Assembly: GCA_963787125.1 (NCBI GenBank)
Contig: CAWBBV010000001.1
Location: 320,001-384,000, forward strand
Source of the DNA: an uncultured delta proteobacterium
Lineage (GTDB): Bacteria > Desulfobacterota > Desulfuromonadia > Geobacterales > DSM-12255
Direction of reading: 5' to 3'
Length of the DNA: 64,000 nt
The notes below the pieces were generated by a model that saw only the letters and a list, made by a program, of their open reading frames with translations, was not told the DNA's origin and searched no databases. How positions within the stretch are numbered: position 1 is the first letter of the stretch; each line of letters starts with the position of its first letter. Shown one piece after another: positions 1-11,021 of this stretch. Position numbers and translations under genes: made by a program.

Positions 1-1
1 C

Positions 2-1363
2 ATCGATACGATCGCCGCTGTCAGTACTCCGGTCGGAGAAGGTGGAATTGCTGTTATCCGTATCAGTGGGCCTGATTCTTTGCTGATACTTAAATCTATG
101 TTCAGGCGAAAAAATGACGGTGGCTTTCATAGCCACCGTTTTTATTATGGCGACATAATTTCGCCGGTAACCGGCTTAAGCGTTGATGAATCTATGTGTG
201 TGTTCATGCAGGCTCCACGCAGTTTTACCCGTGAAGACGTTGTCGAAATTCAATGTCATGGCGGCACTCTTGTAATTCAACAGATTCTTGCGCTGGTATT
301 AGGGCAGGGGGCGCGTTTGGCTGAGCCTGGCGAATTTACCCGCCGCGCCTTTCTTAATGGTAGAATTGATCTGCTTCAAGCTGAGGCAGTGATAGATGTT
401 ATCAGGGGTAAGACTGAAGCCGCTGTGGCCGTTGCCAGGCAACAGTCAGACGGGTCTCTTTCTGAAGCACTTTTACATATCAGGGATCTAATCAGGCATT
501 CGCTGGCCCTAGTGGAAGCTTATGTCGACTTTCCAGATGAAGATATGGGCGAAAAGGATTCCAATCTCTTTTTGTTACAGCTTGAAAAAGCAGTTGACCT
601 TACTGTCGCATTAATTTCCAGCTATGATGAGGGGAAGGTTTTACGTGACGGTGTTTCCGTTTTAATTGCTGGCAAACCAAATGTTGGCAAATCCAGTCTA
701 ATGAACACACTGCTAAAGGAAAAGAGATCAATTGTTACCTCTGTTCCCGGTACTACGCGTGATCTGATTGAAGAGGTCGTTAACTTTAACGGACTTCCGG
801 TGAAACTTCTTGATACGGCTGGGATACGAGACTCTGATGATATTGTCGAGCGCGAAGGTGTTAACCTTGCCCTTGAGAGGATTCCTTCTGCTGATCTGAT
901 TCTTTATGTTCTTGATGCTTCACGTCCATTTGATCATAACGACAAGCTTGTCGCCGACTCTATCGCAGACTCCAAATTTCTTATCGTTCTCAATAAGGCC
1001 GACCTTCCCAGGATAATTGATTTACCAGTATCTCTTCAATCAACTGCCGCTTTAGCTATTTCAACCACTACCTTGGAAGGAATTGATAACCTCAAACAAG
1101 CTATTTCAGCTACATTTCTTCATGGCAGAGCAGTTGACAGTCGTGAGTTCGTCCTGTTAACTCGTGCCAGGCATCGGGATGTGCTTCACTCCGTTTTAAG
1201 CCTACTCAGAAAAGTTTTGGGTTCACGCAGCAACCTGTATCATGATGAACTCTCTGCGGTTGATCTTGGGGAAGCACTTGATCTGCTTGGACAGATTACC
1301 GGTGAAACTACTCCCGATGATATCCTTGATATAATCTTCGCGCAGTTCTGTGTCGGTAAATAG
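2..1363 (+). CDS. mnmE: tRNA uridine-34 modification GTPase MnmE (5'-partial)
   Basis: Frame is open from base 2 (IDTIAAVSTPVGEGGIAVIRISG, the MnmE N-terminus); GKPNVGKSS, VPGTTRD and DTAG G-motifs; C-terminal FCVGK. Confidence 0.97.
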   Translation: MDTIAAVSTPVGEGGIAVIRISGPDSLLILKSMFRRKNDGGFHSHRFYYGDIISPVTGLSVDESMCVFMQAPRSFTREDVVEIQCHGGTLVIQQILALVLGQGARLAEPGEFTRRAFLNGRIDLLQAEAVIDVIRGKTEAAVAVARQQSDGSLSEALLHIRDLIRHSLALVEAYVDFPDEDMGEKDSNLFLLQLEKAVDLTVALISSYDEGKVLRDGVSVLIAGKPNVGKSSLMNTLLKEKRSIVTSVPGTTRDLIEEVVNFNGLPVKLLDTAGIRDSDDIVEREGVNLALERIPSADLILYVLDASRPFDHNDKLVADSIADSKFLIVLNKADLPRIIDLPVSLQSTAALAISTTTLEGIDNLKQAISATFLHGRAVDSREFVLLTRARHRDVLHSVLSLLRKVLGSRSNLYHDELSAVDLGEALDLLGQITGETTPDDILDIIFAQFCVGK

Positions 1364-1376
1364 CCGAGGCGTTCAA

Positions 1377-1392
1377 TGTTTCACGTGAAACA
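1377..1392. promoter_or_regulatory. parS: parS centromere site (ParB binding)
   Basis: Perfect palindrome TGTTTCACGTGAAACA, the canonical parS consensus, between mnmE and mnmG. Confidence 0.92.
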
Positions 1393-1475
1393 GTTTCTTC
1401 AATTATCTGATACTATTGATATATTGGCAGCATTGTGCCGATGTTCCACCCTTATTTGTGAGTCAGGAGTGCGCA

Positions 1476-3350
1476 ATGGTTGAATACGACAAGCATTATG
1501 ATGTTATTGTTGCCGGAGCCGGCCATGCTGGCTGTGAAGCTGCTTTAGCTGCAGCTCGCATGGGGTGCAGAGTGCTTCTGCTGACAATTAATTTAGATGC
1601 CATAGCCCTTATGTCGTGTAATCCCGCAATCGGCGGTCAGGCAAAAGGTCATATAGTAAAAGAGATTGACGCTCTCGGTGGGGAGATGGGTAAAAACATC
1701 GACGCCACAGGCATTCAGTTTAGAATACTGAATATGCGTAAAGGTCCAGCAGTCAGGGCTTCAAGGGCACAGGCCGATAAGCAGCTATACCGGTTGAGAA
1801 TGAAGAGAATCCTTGAAAATCAGAACAATCTTGACCTGAAACAAGGCGAAGTTACAAGGCTTGTCATTGTAAGTGGAGTGGTTGTTGGTGTGGAAACACG
1901 GGGTGGGGTGCTGTTCAGTGGTAAAACAGTTATTCTGACAACTGGAACATTTATGCGAGGATTGATCCATATAGGGCTAACCAACTATCCCGGCGGTCGT
2001 GCAGGGGATCTTCCCTCTATCGGCCTTTCTGATAATCTTCGGGAGATCGGCTTCGAGATTGGCCGCCTGAAGACAGGGACTCCTGCAAGATTGGACGGGC
2101 GAACTATCGATTTTAGCAGGCTTGAGCCACAGTCCGGCGACGATCCACCCGTGCCATTTTCATTTACAACCACTTCGATAACGAATCGTCAGGTGCCTTG
2201 CTATATAGCTTATACAAATCCCAGAAGTCATGAAATCATCAGGTCAGGTCTCGATCGCTCTCCTCTGTACTCAGGCATCATAGAGGGGGTCGGTCCGCGC
2301 TACTGTCCATCTATAGAGGATAAGGTTGTTAGATTCCCTGATAAGGAGAGGCATCAAACCTTTCTCGAGCCGGAAGGTCTGGATACAGTCGAATACTACC
2401 CTTCCGGGCTTTCAACATCTTTACCGATCGACATACAGTGGGCGTTTTATAAGAGTATAGAAGGACTTGAGCAGGTCGAGATTATGCGTCCGGCATACGC
2501 AATCGAATATGATTACGCCGACCCGATCCAGCTTAATGCCTCTCTGGAAACTAAAATTATAAAGAATCTTTATCATGCGGGTCAGATAAATGGCACATCT
2601 GGATACGAAGAGGCCGCTGGACAGGGCCTAATAGCAGGAATCAACGCGGCCCTGAGGGTAAAGGGAAGGGAGCCGGTAATACTTGGTCGAGGCGTAGCAT
2701 ATATCGGCGTGATGATTGACGACCTTGTGACGCTGGGGACAAAGGAGCCTTACCGGATGTTCACATCACGTGCTGAATACCGTTTGCTGTTGCGCGAGGA
2801 CAATGCAGACCTTAGGCTGAGAGAGCTAGGGTATTCACTTGGACTTGTGTCTGAAAAAGAATATAGCCATTTTCTCCATAAGAAGGAAGAGATTGCCGCG
2901 CAGCTGGTCAAAATTAAAAGTTCAAAACTGTTATTGTCAGAAGGTAATCCGGAGTTTTTAGCTCAGTTCAGTCTGGAAGAGATTAAAAATTCTGTTACCT
3001 ATGAGCAGCTATTGAGGAGACCTGATATTACTTATGCGGAGTTAGCGAGGCTTGATGCTACCCTTGGGGGCGTTGCGAAGGATGTCAGCGAACAAGTTGA
3101 AATTCAGGTCAAATATAAAGGTTATATCGATAGACAACTGGAGCACGTGAAAAGAATGGAGCGGATGGAGAATGCGCGGATACCGTCTGATTTTGATTAC
3201 ATAAATGTTGCCGGTATTACGGCAGAAGTGCGGGAAAAGCTGACTCGCTTTAAGCCTGGCACGCTTGGTCAGGCTTCGAGGATATCGGGTGTGACACCGG
3301 CTGCAGTGGCGATTCTGTCTATTGCATTAAAAGCGCACGGCCAAAAATGA
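1476..3350 (+). CDS. mnmG: tRNA uridine-5-carboxymethylaminomethyl modification enzyme MnmG (GidA)
   Basis: GAGHAGCEAA FAD motif, SCNPAIGG, GPRYCPSIEDK, AGQINGTSGYEEA; start moved to ATG 1476 after AGGAG. Confidence 0.97.
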   Translation: MVEYDKHYDVIVAGAGHAGCEAALAAARMGCRVLLLTINLDAIALMSCNPAIGGQAKGHIVKEIDALGGEMGKNIDATGIQFRILNMRKGPAVRASRAQADKQLYRLRMKRILENQNNLDLKQGEVTRLVIVSGVVVGVETRGGVLFSGKTVILTTGTFMRGLIHIGLTNYPGGRAGDLPSIGLSDNLREIGFEIGRLKTGTPARLDGRTIDFSRLEPQSGDDPPVPFSFTTTSITNRQVPCYIAYTNPRSHEIIRSGLDRSPLYSGIIEGVGPRYCPSIEDKVVRFPDKERHQTFLEPEGLDTVEYYPSGLSTSLPIDIQWAFYKSIEGLEQVEIMRPAYAIEYDYADPIQLNASLETKIIKNLYHAGQINGTSGYEEAAGQGLIAGINAALRVKGREPVILGRGVAYIGVMIDDLVTLGTKEPYRMFTSRAEYRLLLREDNADLRLRELGYSLGLVSEKEYSHFLHKKEEIAAQLVKIKSSKLLLSEGNPEFLAQFSLEEIKNSVTYEQLLRRPDITYAELARLDATLGGVAKDVSEQVEIQVKYKGYIDRQLEHVKRMERMENARIPSDFDYINVAGITAEVREKLTRFKPGTLGQASRISGVTPAAVAILSIALKAHGQK

Positions 3351-3997
3351 CAACAATGGAAAATTATCTGTTTAAAGGTGTAAGCGAGTTAGGAGTTGTC
3401 CTGACCAGGCAACAGTTTGACAGCTTCGCTACACTGGCCGGTGAGTTATGTAAGTGGAACCGTAAAATTAACCTGACGACAATCATTACGCCAGAAGAGA
3501 TAGCAATAAAACATTTCACTGATTCACTTGCGCTTGGTAAGTATCTTGATTTGGATGGCAAGCTTCTGGATATCGGTTCGGGTGCTGGTTTCCCTGCAAT
3601 TCCGCTCAAAATAGCATTTCCCTGGCTTGATGTAGTAACAGTTGATGCTGTAGAAAAGAAAATACTTTTTCAGAGACATATTGCACGCCAATTAGGGTTT
3701 GATAAGTTCACTGCCGTCCACTGTAGAGCCGAGAGTTTGCCCAATAATTATCATGGCTGTTTCAATCGTATTGTCTCAAGAGCTTTTTCAGAATTATCAG
3801 AATTTGTTAAATACGCTTTACCTCTTCTTGACGACACAGGAATCATAGTTGCCATGAAGGGCAAAGATGGAAAAAAAGAGGCTGACGATTCAGCCGAAGC
3901 GCTAAAAAAATTGGGGGCGTATATTGAGGCGATTCATGAATTCGAACTGCCACTATTTAAGGATGCTCGATCGTTGATAATTATCAGGAGAAAATAA
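3347..3997 (+). CDS. rsmG: 16S rRNA m7G527 methyltransferase RsmG (GidB)
   Basis: WNRKINLT, KHFTDSL, LDIGSGAGFP, SRAF, AMKG; overlaps the mnmG stop. Confidence 0.95.
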   Translation: MTTMENYLFKGVSELGVVLTRQQFDSFATLAGELCKWNRKINLTTIITPEEIAIKHFTDSLALGKYLDLDGKLLDIGSGAGFPAIPLKIAFPWLDVVTVDAVEKKILFQRHIARQLGFDKFTAVHCRAESLPNNYHGCFNRIVSRAFSELSEFVKYALPLLDDTGIIVAMKGKDGKKEADDSAEALKKLGAYIEAIHEFELPLFKDARSLIIIRRK

Positions 3998-4203
3998 AAA
4001 AGAACCTATTGCCGCAATTTGATCCAAATTCTGGCGCTATCGAAGCCGCGTCAAAAAACAATGGTAATGTGAGCGCAGTCGGCTAAAGTTGAATTCTCGG
4101 TCATTTTGAAGCGCCGAATCTCAGCTCAAACTTTAAATAAAAAAGCCCATTTTAATAACTGCCCAGTGGTGATAGAATTTAAAACAGTTAAAGGAGTGAT
4201 GCT

Positions 4204-4932
4204 ATGCGCTACGTAAAAATCCTGTTCGTTTTAATTCTAGGAGTATCACAGTTGACGGGCTGTACAGCATACAAGAGTCAGTACGTTTCATTCAGGCCGC
4301 CTGAAGCTTATGCCAATAAGCAGGAGGTTGGCGGGATTTCTATCGGAGCCGAAGCATATGTCAATAAAGACAGCGCAACAGAAGCTTTTGGTTTTGATAT
4401 AATCGAGACCGGGCTTCTGCCCGTGCAGATTGTTATGAATAATCAAAGCGGTAAAACTCTGCAGATAGTAACGGAACAAACTTTTATGATTGATTCACAT
4501 GACCGGTACTGGCAGGTGGTGCCCAATAATGTAGTCGTGGAGAGAGTAGAAAAGTCGACCCAGTTGGCCGCTCTCGGAAAAGGCGCTGTCAAGGGTGGCT
4601 TTTGGGGTGCGGCAGGTGGGGCTGTTCTTGGTGCTGCCTTAGGGATTGTTGCTGGCGAGAACGTCGGGAATGCAATGGGTAGAGGTGCAGCTCTGGGTGG
4701 AGCGGTTGGCGCAGTTATCGGAACAGGGAAAGAAGCGGGGTCCAATGATCGCCAGATCAGTATCGTAAGTGATATTCGCTCAAAGGGACTTGAAAACAAA
4801 ACTATCCCCAGGGATCACCTTGCTAACGGCTTCATCTACTTTCCGGGAGAGGCTAAAAGTGCTAAAGCAATTAAATTGCAGCTAATAGAGCACGAGAGCG
4901 GGAAAGTTCATAATGTCACGCTTTACTTATGA
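4204..4932 (+). CDS. lipoprotein with glycine-zipper segment
   Basis: Lipobox [39 protein letters not shown]. Confidence 0.75.
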   Translation: MRYVKILFVLILGVSQLTGCTAYKSQYVSFRPPEAYANKQEVGGISIGAEAYVNKDSATEAFGFDIIETGLLPVQIVMNNQSGKTLQIVTEQTFMIDSHDRYWQVVPNNVVVERVEKSTQLAALGKGAVKGGFWGAAGGAVLGAALGIVAGENVGNAMGRGAALGGAVGAVIGTGKEAGSNDRQISIVSDIRSKGLENKTIPRDHLANGFIYFPGEAKSAKAIKLQLIEHESGKVHNVTLYL

Positions 4933-4946
4933 TAAACGGGAGAGTT

Positions 4947-5900
4947 ATGGACGCTAAAAAAGGTGTACTGCTTCTCCAGATGGGTGGGCCTGACTCTCTG
5001 GAGGCGGTTGAGCCGTTTTTATTAAATCTGTTCTCAGACAGGGAGATAATAAAGATAGGTCCTGCCTGGTTACAGCCGATAATTGCGAGATTGATCGTTA
5101 TGAGAAGAAAATCTCATGTCGAGGAGAATTATAAACTGATCGGTGGTAAATCCCCGTTACGTGAGCTTACGGAGGCCCAGTCCAGGAGTCTGGAAAAGGC
5201 ACTAGGTGAGGAGTATATCTGTTTTGTGGCCATGCGCTATTGGCGGCCGTCGACGCTTGAAGCTCTGGCAAATATAAGAAGGGCCGGAATAAGTGATATA
5301 ACGGTAATTTCCCTATACCCTCACTATTCGCGGGCAACAACTGGCTCAAGTATAAAAGAAGTTAAAAGGGTACTGGCGGAGTCTAAAGCAGAATTCAACG
5401 TCAGGTACGTGGAAAGTTTCTATAATAATACTGGATACATAGACGCTCTTGCTGAGAAAATAAAAGAAGGTTTGGAGGCTTTTCATCCGCTTGCAGATGT
5501 GGAGCTGCTGTTCTCGGCGCACTCATTACCACAGTCATTCATTGACCAAGGCGATCCGTATCTTGCGCAGATAGAAGAGAGCGTCCGACTAGTGATGGAG
5601 CGGTTCAGTATACCGCATCACCTGTCATTTCAGTCCAGAGCCGGTCCGGTAAAGTGGTTGGAACCATCAACAGATGACATGCTTAAAAAACTTGCCGCAA
5701 GTGGAGTCAAAAATCTGCTCGTAATTCCCCTCTCCTTTGTTTCAGATCACATTGAAACTCTCCATGAGATAGATATGGAATATTCGAAAAAAGCGTGGGA
5801 ACTTGGCATTGCAAAGTTCGAAAGGATGCCGTCACTTAACTGTTCTCCGACATTCATCAAGTCTCTGGCTGAACTGGTAAGAGCGGCGAATGGCGAGTGA
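4947..5900 (+). CDS. hemH: ferrochelatase
   Basis: [38 protein letters not shown]. Confidence 0.95.
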   Translation: MDAKKGVLLLQMGGPDSLEAVEPFLLNLFSDREIIKIGPAWLQPIIARLIVMRRKSHVEENYKLIGGKSPLRELTEAQSRSLEKALGEEYICFVAMRYWRPSTLEALANIRRAGISDITVISLYPHYSRATTGSSIKEVKRVLAESKAEFNVRYVESFYNNTGYIDALAEKIKEGLEAFHPLADVELLFSAHSLPQSFIDQGDPYLAQIEESVRLVMERFSIPHHLSFQSRAGPVKWLEPSTDDMLKKLAASGVKNLLVIPLSFVSDHIETLHEIDMEYSKKAWELGIAKFERMPSLNCSPTFIKSLAELVRAANGE

Positions 5901-6081
5901 CGAAAAGCAGTGTTCCTTATGCGGAAAGCTTAAAAACAATGGTGAAATAAAATCTATCTTTGCCACAGCAGGAGAGTGGTTGGCTGAAGATACCTGGAAT
6001 GATTGCGGAGAGCTATGTAATCAGTGTCTGGAGAACAGAGGCAGGCTGGCCATGATGTATATGCACGATAAAAACCGCTAA
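5890..6081 (+). CDS. small Cys-rich hypothetical protein (possible Zn-binding)
   Basis: CSLC and CGELCNQC motifs; overlaps the hemH end and fills the gap to nadA. Confidence 0.6.
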   Translation: MASDEKQCSLCGKLKNNGEIKSIFATAGEWLAEDTWNDCGELCNQCLENRGRLAMMYMHDKNR

Positions 6082-6082
6082 A

Positions 6083-6994
6083 TCAATCTCGTGGCACCGC
6101 TAACATCCGCTCAAGCGCCATGACGGCCTTAATTCTTACACTCTCTTCGACTTTTACAACTGGTGCCATTGTTTGCAGCGAAAGAAGTATATCCTCGAGA
6201 GAAGTTAATTTCATGTTTGGACAGACAAGAGCCGGTGAAGCAAGGATAAAATCTTTCTCGGGATTTTCAGCTCTCAGTCGATAAAGTATTCCCGCCTCAG
6301 TCCCTATGATAAACCGTCTTGCTGAGCTAGCCCGGCAATAGTCGTACATCCCGGACGTCGAACAAGCGTGGTCAGCCAGAGCGGTTACGGCAGGATTGCA
6401 CTCCGGATGACAGATGAAAAGAGCATCAGGATGATGCAGTTTTAGCTTGGCAACAATTTCAGGTTTAAGCCTTTCATGAGTAGGGCAGTAGCCATTCCAA
6501 AGATGAAATTTCTTGTCACTGAACTGCGAAACGTAATGACCGAGATTTCGATCCGGGGTGAATATTATCTCTTTGTCCGGGAGTGAGTTGACAACTTTGA
6601 GAGCATTTGCAGAGGTGCAGCAGATATCGCTTTCAGCTTTTACAGCGGCAGAAGAGTTCACATAAGTCACAACAGGAATACCTGGGTGCTCTGCCTTGAA
6701 CTTAGCGAGATCTTCGGCAGTGATCATATCAGCCATGGGACAGCCAGCGTCGAGGCGGGGGATAAGGACGGTCTTTTCAGGCGAGAGAATCGCCGCGGAC
6801 TCGGCCATGAAATGAACGCCACAAAAAACAATGACAGCGGCAGAAGTCTTGGCAGCTTCCATAGAAAGAGCCAAGGAGTCACCGGTGATATCGGCAATCT
6901 CCTGGATTTCATCGCGCATATAATTATGCGCCAGGAGAACTGCATTGCGTTCCTTAAGTAGAGCCCTGATTGACTGTTTAATTTCAGTCTGCAT
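6083..6994 (-). CDS. nadA: quinolinate synthase
   Basis: [38 protein letters not shown]. Confidence 0.96.
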   Translation of the reverse strand: MQTEIKQSIRALLKERNAVLLAHNYMRDEIQEIADITGDSLALSMEAAKTSAAVIVFCGVHFMAESAAILSPEKTVLIPRLDAGCPMADMITAEDLAKFKAEHPGIPVVTYVNSSAAVKAESDICCTSANALKVVNSLPDKEIIFTPDRNLGHYVSQFSDKKFHLWNGYCPTHERLKPEIVAKLKLHHPDALFICHPECNPAVTALADHACSTSGMYDYCRASSARRFIIGTEAGILYRLRAENPEKDFILASPALVCPNMKLTSLEDILLSLQTMAPVVKVEESVRIKAVMALERMLAVPRD

Positions 6995-7032
6995 GATAGT
7001 AGTACTCCCGGATGGCGTGAATGTTAAGGGAG

Positions 7033-7061
7033 ATAGTAGTCAATGTTGACATTACTGTCAA
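7033..7061 (-). promoter_or_regulatory. sigma70-type promoter for nadA
   Basis: Minus strand TTGACA (7061-7056), 17 bp spacer, TACTAT (7038-7033). Confidence 0.55.
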
Positions 7062-7124
7062 ACCCTTTGCCACCTGAAACAAAGAAGAGCTTGATACTGT
7101 ACAGGCATTTATTTTACTAACTCC

Positions 7125-7154
7125 TTGACAAAGAAGGCAGGCAGTTATTACTTT
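7125..7154 (+). promoter_or_regulatory. sigma70-type promoter for the hrcA operon
   Basis: TTGACA at 7125-7130 and TACTTT at 7149-7154, directly upstream of CIRCE. Confidence 0.5.
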
Positions 7155-7161
7155 AATACTG

Positions 7162-7188
7162 TTAGCACTCAGCCTTCCGGAGTGCTAA
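7162..7188 (+). promoter_or_regulatory. CIRCE operator (HrcA binding)
   Basis: Exact TTAGCACTC-N9-GAGTGCTAA upstream of hrcA. Confidence 0.96.
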
Positions 7189-7210
7189 TTTTTTTGACAC
7201 GGAGTCATTC

Positions 7211-8242
7211 ATGCAGGGAGCTATGAATATCAGGAGCCGGCAGATCCTCGAAGCTATTATCGAGGATTACATCTGTACTGCCGAACCTATCGGCAGCAGC
7301 GCGATTCGCAGCCGCCACGGCATGTCGCTTTCTACGGCTACAATTCGCACAGTCATGGCAGATCTTGAGGAGATGGGCTTTCTTGCCTCGCCACACACTT
7401 CTGCCGGGCGTATTCCGACCGATAAGGCATACCGTTTTTATGTAGATTCACTGCTTGCAGTCGGGGCGGTCGACCGGAGTGAAAAAGAAGAGATTCGCCG
7501 CCGCTGTTGTGTTGGTGGCAGAGATGTAGAGGGTGTCTTTCGTGAAATAAGCCAGATGCTTTCGTCAGTTTCTCATTATATGGGCATAGTTGCTGCCCCA
7601 AGATTTAATGCAAATCTTTTTCGGCAGATAGACTTCATCTGTCTTGGCCCACGCAAGGTCCTGGCCATTCTTGTTTCCCAGAGCGGTTCGGTGCAAAATC
7701 GGATAATTGAACCTAAAGAGGATATTTCTGCTGATGAACTGCTGAAGATGGCGAACTATCTTAACAGTATTCTGCAGGGATTAACTATCTCTGCGGTGAG
7801 GAGCCGAATTCTCGAAGAGATGGAGAGTGAGAAAATCCGCTACGACAATCTGCTGGCCAACGCGCTAAAGCTGTCCCAGCAGGCGCTTGATGAAGGCGGA
7901 GCAGAGCTCTTTATTGAAGGTCAGGCAAATATACTTGATTTTCCAGAATTTGCAGACGCACAGCGGCTGCGAGAAATCTTCAGGGCTATGGAGCAAAAGA
8001 GCCAACTGTTGGCTCTTCTCGACAACTGCATTAAAGCTCCGGGAGTGAATATTTTTATAGGCTCGGAATCACGTCTCAACAATATGTCGGGGATGAGCCT
8101 GATTACCTCAACCTATGTGTCCGGGAAAAATACGCTGGGTGTGCTGGGTGTTATCGGGCCTACGAGAATGGGATACGGGAAGGTGATTCCGATAGTCGAC
8201 TATACAGCCAAGATGCTTACCAGGTTATTGAACTTTGAATGA
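7211..8242 (+). CDS. hrcA: heat-inducible transcription repressor HrcA
   Basis: EPIGS, STATIR, PHTSAGRIPT, GVIGPTRMGY; preceded by CIRCE, followed by grpE-dnaK-dnaJ. Confidence 0.96.
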   Translation: MQGAMNIRSRQILEAIIEDYICTAEPIGSSAIRSRHGMSLSTATIRTVMADLEEMGFLASPHTSAGRIPTDKAYRFYVDSLLAVGAVDRSEKEEIRRRCCVGGRDVEGVFREISQMLSSVSHYMGIVAAPRFNANLFRQIDFICLGPRKVLAILVSQSGSVQNRIIEPKEDISADELLKMANYLNSILQGLTISAVRSRILEEMESEKIRYDNLLANALKLSQQALDEGGAELFIEGQANILDFPEFADAQRLREIFRAMEQKSQLLALLDNCIKAPGVNIFIGSESRLNNMSGMSLITSTYVSGKNTLGVLGVIGPTRMGYGKVIPIVDYTAKMLTRLLNFE

Positions 8243-8332
8243 AGCTGTTAATGCCACAAACTGTCAGCTTGAGTTTAAAGGTGAATGTCAGAGCTTTAAA
8301 CTTGATCAACATTAATAAGGAGTAGAAAAATC

Positions 8333-8884
8333 GTGAAAAAAAAGAGCCATCAAACTGCTGAAGAAAGTGAGCAGGTAGAGAGTCCGGTTGCTGAAGAAGT
8401 TGAAGTAATTGATCCATTGGTTGAAATCAGGGCGCAACTTGCCGTCAAGGAAGCCGAAGCCGCCGCCAACTGGGATAAGTTTGTTCGTGAACGGGCAGAT
8501 CTGGAGAACTACCGTAAACGCACTCAGCGCGAAAAAGAAGAGTTGCTCAAATACGGTAACGAAACGTTGCTGATGGAGATACTTCCGGCAGTGGATAATA
8601 TGGAACGTGCGCTTGAGCACCTTGATTCCGAGAGCAAGGATTCGGTTCTTGTCGGTGTAAGGATGACACTTGATATGCTCGTCGCAGCGCTGAAGAAGTT
8701 TGGTGTGACACCGGTAACAGTGGAAAAAGGGGGGGCATTCGATTCAGCTCTCCATCAGGCGATGGGGCAGGTAGCCTCTGAATTTCCAGTTAACAGTATT
8801 GCTGAGGTTTTCCAGAAAGGGTACCTCCTTAACGAAAGGCTGCTCAGGCCGGCTATGGTTATGGTCTCAAAGGGGATTGAATAG
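8333..8884 (+). CDS. grpE: nucleotide exchange factor GrpE
   Basis: RADLENYRKR, LPAVDNMERAL, QKGYLLNERLLRPAMV. Confidence 0.96.
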   Translation: MKKKSHQTAEESEQVESPVAEEVEVIDPLVEIRAQLAVKEAEAAANWDKFVRERADLENYRKRTQREKEELLKYGNETLLMEILPAVDNMERALEHLDSESKDSVLVGVRMTLDMLVAALKKFGVTPVTVEKGGAFDSALHQAMGQVASEFPVNSIAEVFQKGYLLNERLLRPAMVMVSKGIE

Positions 8885-8962
8885 GTTTTTTTACAAAGAA
8901 CCCTTGAATTTTCAAAAATCAATTACTACGTTTCATGTAGAACTAATTAACAGGAGGAAGCA

Positions 8963-10891
8963 ATGAGTAAAGTTATAGGAATAGATCTCGGAACCACCAA
9001 TTCATGCGTGGCAATTATGGAAGGTGGTGAGCCGATTGTCATAGCAAACGCCGAAGGAAGCCGGACTACGCCGTCTATGATCGCCATTACAGAAAGCGGG
9101 GAGCGACTTGTTGGGCAGCAGGCCAAGCGTCAGGCCGTAACCAATCCTGAGAATACACTTTTTGCTATTAAGCGGCTGATCGGCCGAAAGTTTGATACAG
9201 ATGCAGTGCGTAAAGACATTAAAATCTCACCGTTCAAGATCGTCAAGGCTGACAATGATGATGCCTGGGTCGATGTCCGCGGCAAGAAGTACTCCCCGCC
9301 GGAAATTTCAGCAATGGTGCTGCAGAAGATGAAAAAAACCGCCGAGGATTATCTCGGTGAAGAGGTTACCGATGCAGTTATCACTGTTCCGGCGTACTTC
9401 GACGATTCACAGCGCCAGGCAACCAAGGATGCAGGCCGGATCGCAGGCTTGAATGTGCTCAGGATCATCAACGAGCCGACTGCTGCAGCCCTTGCCTACG
9501 GCCTTGACAAGAAACATGACGAAAAAATTGCGGTATTCGACCTTGGCGGCGGTACGTTCGATGTTTCAATCCTCGAACTCGGTGACGGTGTCTTTGAAGT
9601 CAAGTCAACTAACGGCGATACGTTTCTTGGTGGTGAGGATTTTGACCAGGTAATCATCGACTGGATTGCGGACGAATTCAAAAAAGATCAGGGCATTGAC
9701 CTCAGAAGTGATAAAATGGCGCTCCAGAGGCTGAAAGAGGCAGCAGAAAAGGCTAAATGCGAGCTTTCAACATCCATGGAGACCGATATTAACCTGCCGT
9801 TTATAACTGCAGATGCGTCAGGTCCAAAGCATATGAACCTGAAGTTTTCCCGGGCAAAGCTGGAGGCACTCTGTGAAGAACTGATAGCCAAGCTTGAGGG
9901 CCCGTGCCGGACTGCACTCAAGGATGCAGGCTTGTCAGCGTCGGAAATAAATGAGGTTATTCTGGTTGGTGGTATGACCCGTATGCCGGCTGTGCAGAAG
10001 CGAGTTCAGGATATATTCGGTAAAGTTCCCAACCGCAGTGTGAACCCTGACGAAGTTGTTGCTATCGGCGCCGGAATTCAGGGCGGTGTCCTCAAAGGCG
10101 ATGTAAAAGACGTCCTTCTGCTTGATGTAACCCCGCTGTCCCTCGGTATTGAAACCCTTGGCAGTGTTATGACCAAACTTATTGAAAAAAACAGTACAAT
10201 TCCGTGCCGAAAATCGCAAACGTTCTCGACCGCAGCCGATAATCAGCCGGCTGTAAGCATTCATGTCCTTCAGGGTGAGCGGGAGATGGCTTCTGATAAC
10301 AAGACTCTCGGCAATTTCGAGCTTGGCGGGATTCCTTCTGCGCCAAGAGGGGTGCCACAGATAGAAGTTACCTTTGACATTGATGCCAATGGTATTGTAC
10401 ATGTTTCAGCCAAGGATCTTGGCACCGGCAAGGAGCATTCGATCCGTATCACTGCTTCTTCCGGGCTCTCAAAGGAAGAGATCGACAAGATGGTGAGAGA
10501 TGCCGAAGCGCACTCCTCTGAAGACAAGAAGAAGCGTGAGCTGATTGAGGCAAAGAATCATGCCGACAGTACCGTGTATCAGACAGAAAAATCGCTGAAA
10601 GAGTTCGGTGATAAAATCGACGCCGCAGAAAAACAGAAGATTGAAGAGAAGCTGGCCGAGTTGAAGAAGACGATGGAAGGAAGCGATCCGGAAGCAATGA
10701 AAAAAGCCGGTGATGAGCTTCAGCAGGCATCGCACAAGCTGGCAGAAGCAGTTTATGCTCAGGCGCAGCAAGCCGGTGCAGGTGGCGAGGGAGAGCATTG
10801 CGGTGCCGGCTGTGCCGATGAGAAGTGCGCCAAGCCGGATAACGTTGTTGACGCAGATTTTGAAGAGGTCAAGGACGACAAGAAGAAGTAA
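8963..10891 (+). CDS. dnaK: chaperone DnaK
   Basis: [42 protein letters not shown]. Confidence 0.99.
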   Translation: MSKVIGIDLGTTNSCVAIMEGGEPIVIANAEGSRTTPSMIAITESGERLVGQQAKRQAVTNPENTLFAIKRLIGRKFDTDAVRKDIKISPFKIVKADNDDAWVDVRGKKYSPPEISAMVLQKMKKTAEDYLGEEVTDAVITVPAYFDDSQRQATKDAGRIAGLNVLRIINEPTAAALAYGLDKKHDEKIAVFDLGGGTFDVSILELGDGVFEVKSTNGDTFLGGEDFDQVIIDWIADEFKKDQGIDLRSDKMALQRLKEAAEKAKCELSTSMETDINLPFITADASGPKHMNLKFSRAKLEALCEELIAKLEGPCRTALKDAGLSASEINEVILVGGMTRMPAVQKRVQDIFGKVPNRSVNPDEVVAIGAGIQGGVLKGDVKDVLLLDVTPLSLGIETLGSVMTKLIEKNSTIPCRKSQTFSTAADNQPAVSIHVLQGEREMASDNKTLGNFELGGIPSAPRGVPQIEVTFDIDANGIVHVSAKDLGTGKEHSIRITASSGLSKEEIDKMVRDAEAHSSEDKKKRELIEAKNHADSTVYQTEKSLKEFGDKIDAAEKQKIEEKLAELKKTMEGSDPEAMKKAGDELQQASHKLAEAVYAQAQQAGAGGEGEHCGAGCADEKCAKPDNVVDADFEEVKDDKKK

Positions 10892-10915
10892 TTTCACTAA
10901 TAAACACCGAAAGTA

Positions 10916-10998
10916 TTTAGACCGCAAAGACGCCGGGAACGCCAGGAGATCCTTCGTAAGGAGATCTCTTGGCGCTCTTTGCGTCTTCGCGGTTTAGA
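10916..10998. repeat. long imperfect inverted repeat (REP-like hairpin) between dnaK and dnaJ
   Basis: Arms TTTAGACCGCAAAGACGCCGGGAACGCCAGGAGATC and GATCTCTTGGCGCTCTTTGCGTCTTCGCGGTTTAGA. Confidence 0.75.
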
Positions 10999-11021
10999 TG
11001 TTTTACGAAAGGGATGATATT

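Noticed and set aside
1441..1456. Second parS site (TGTTCCAC...)
   Set aside because: Only a half-site; the second arm is absent
8903..8930. sigma32 promoter upstream of dnaK (CTTGAA)
   Set aside because: The -35 is plausible but no convincing -10 could be assigned by eye
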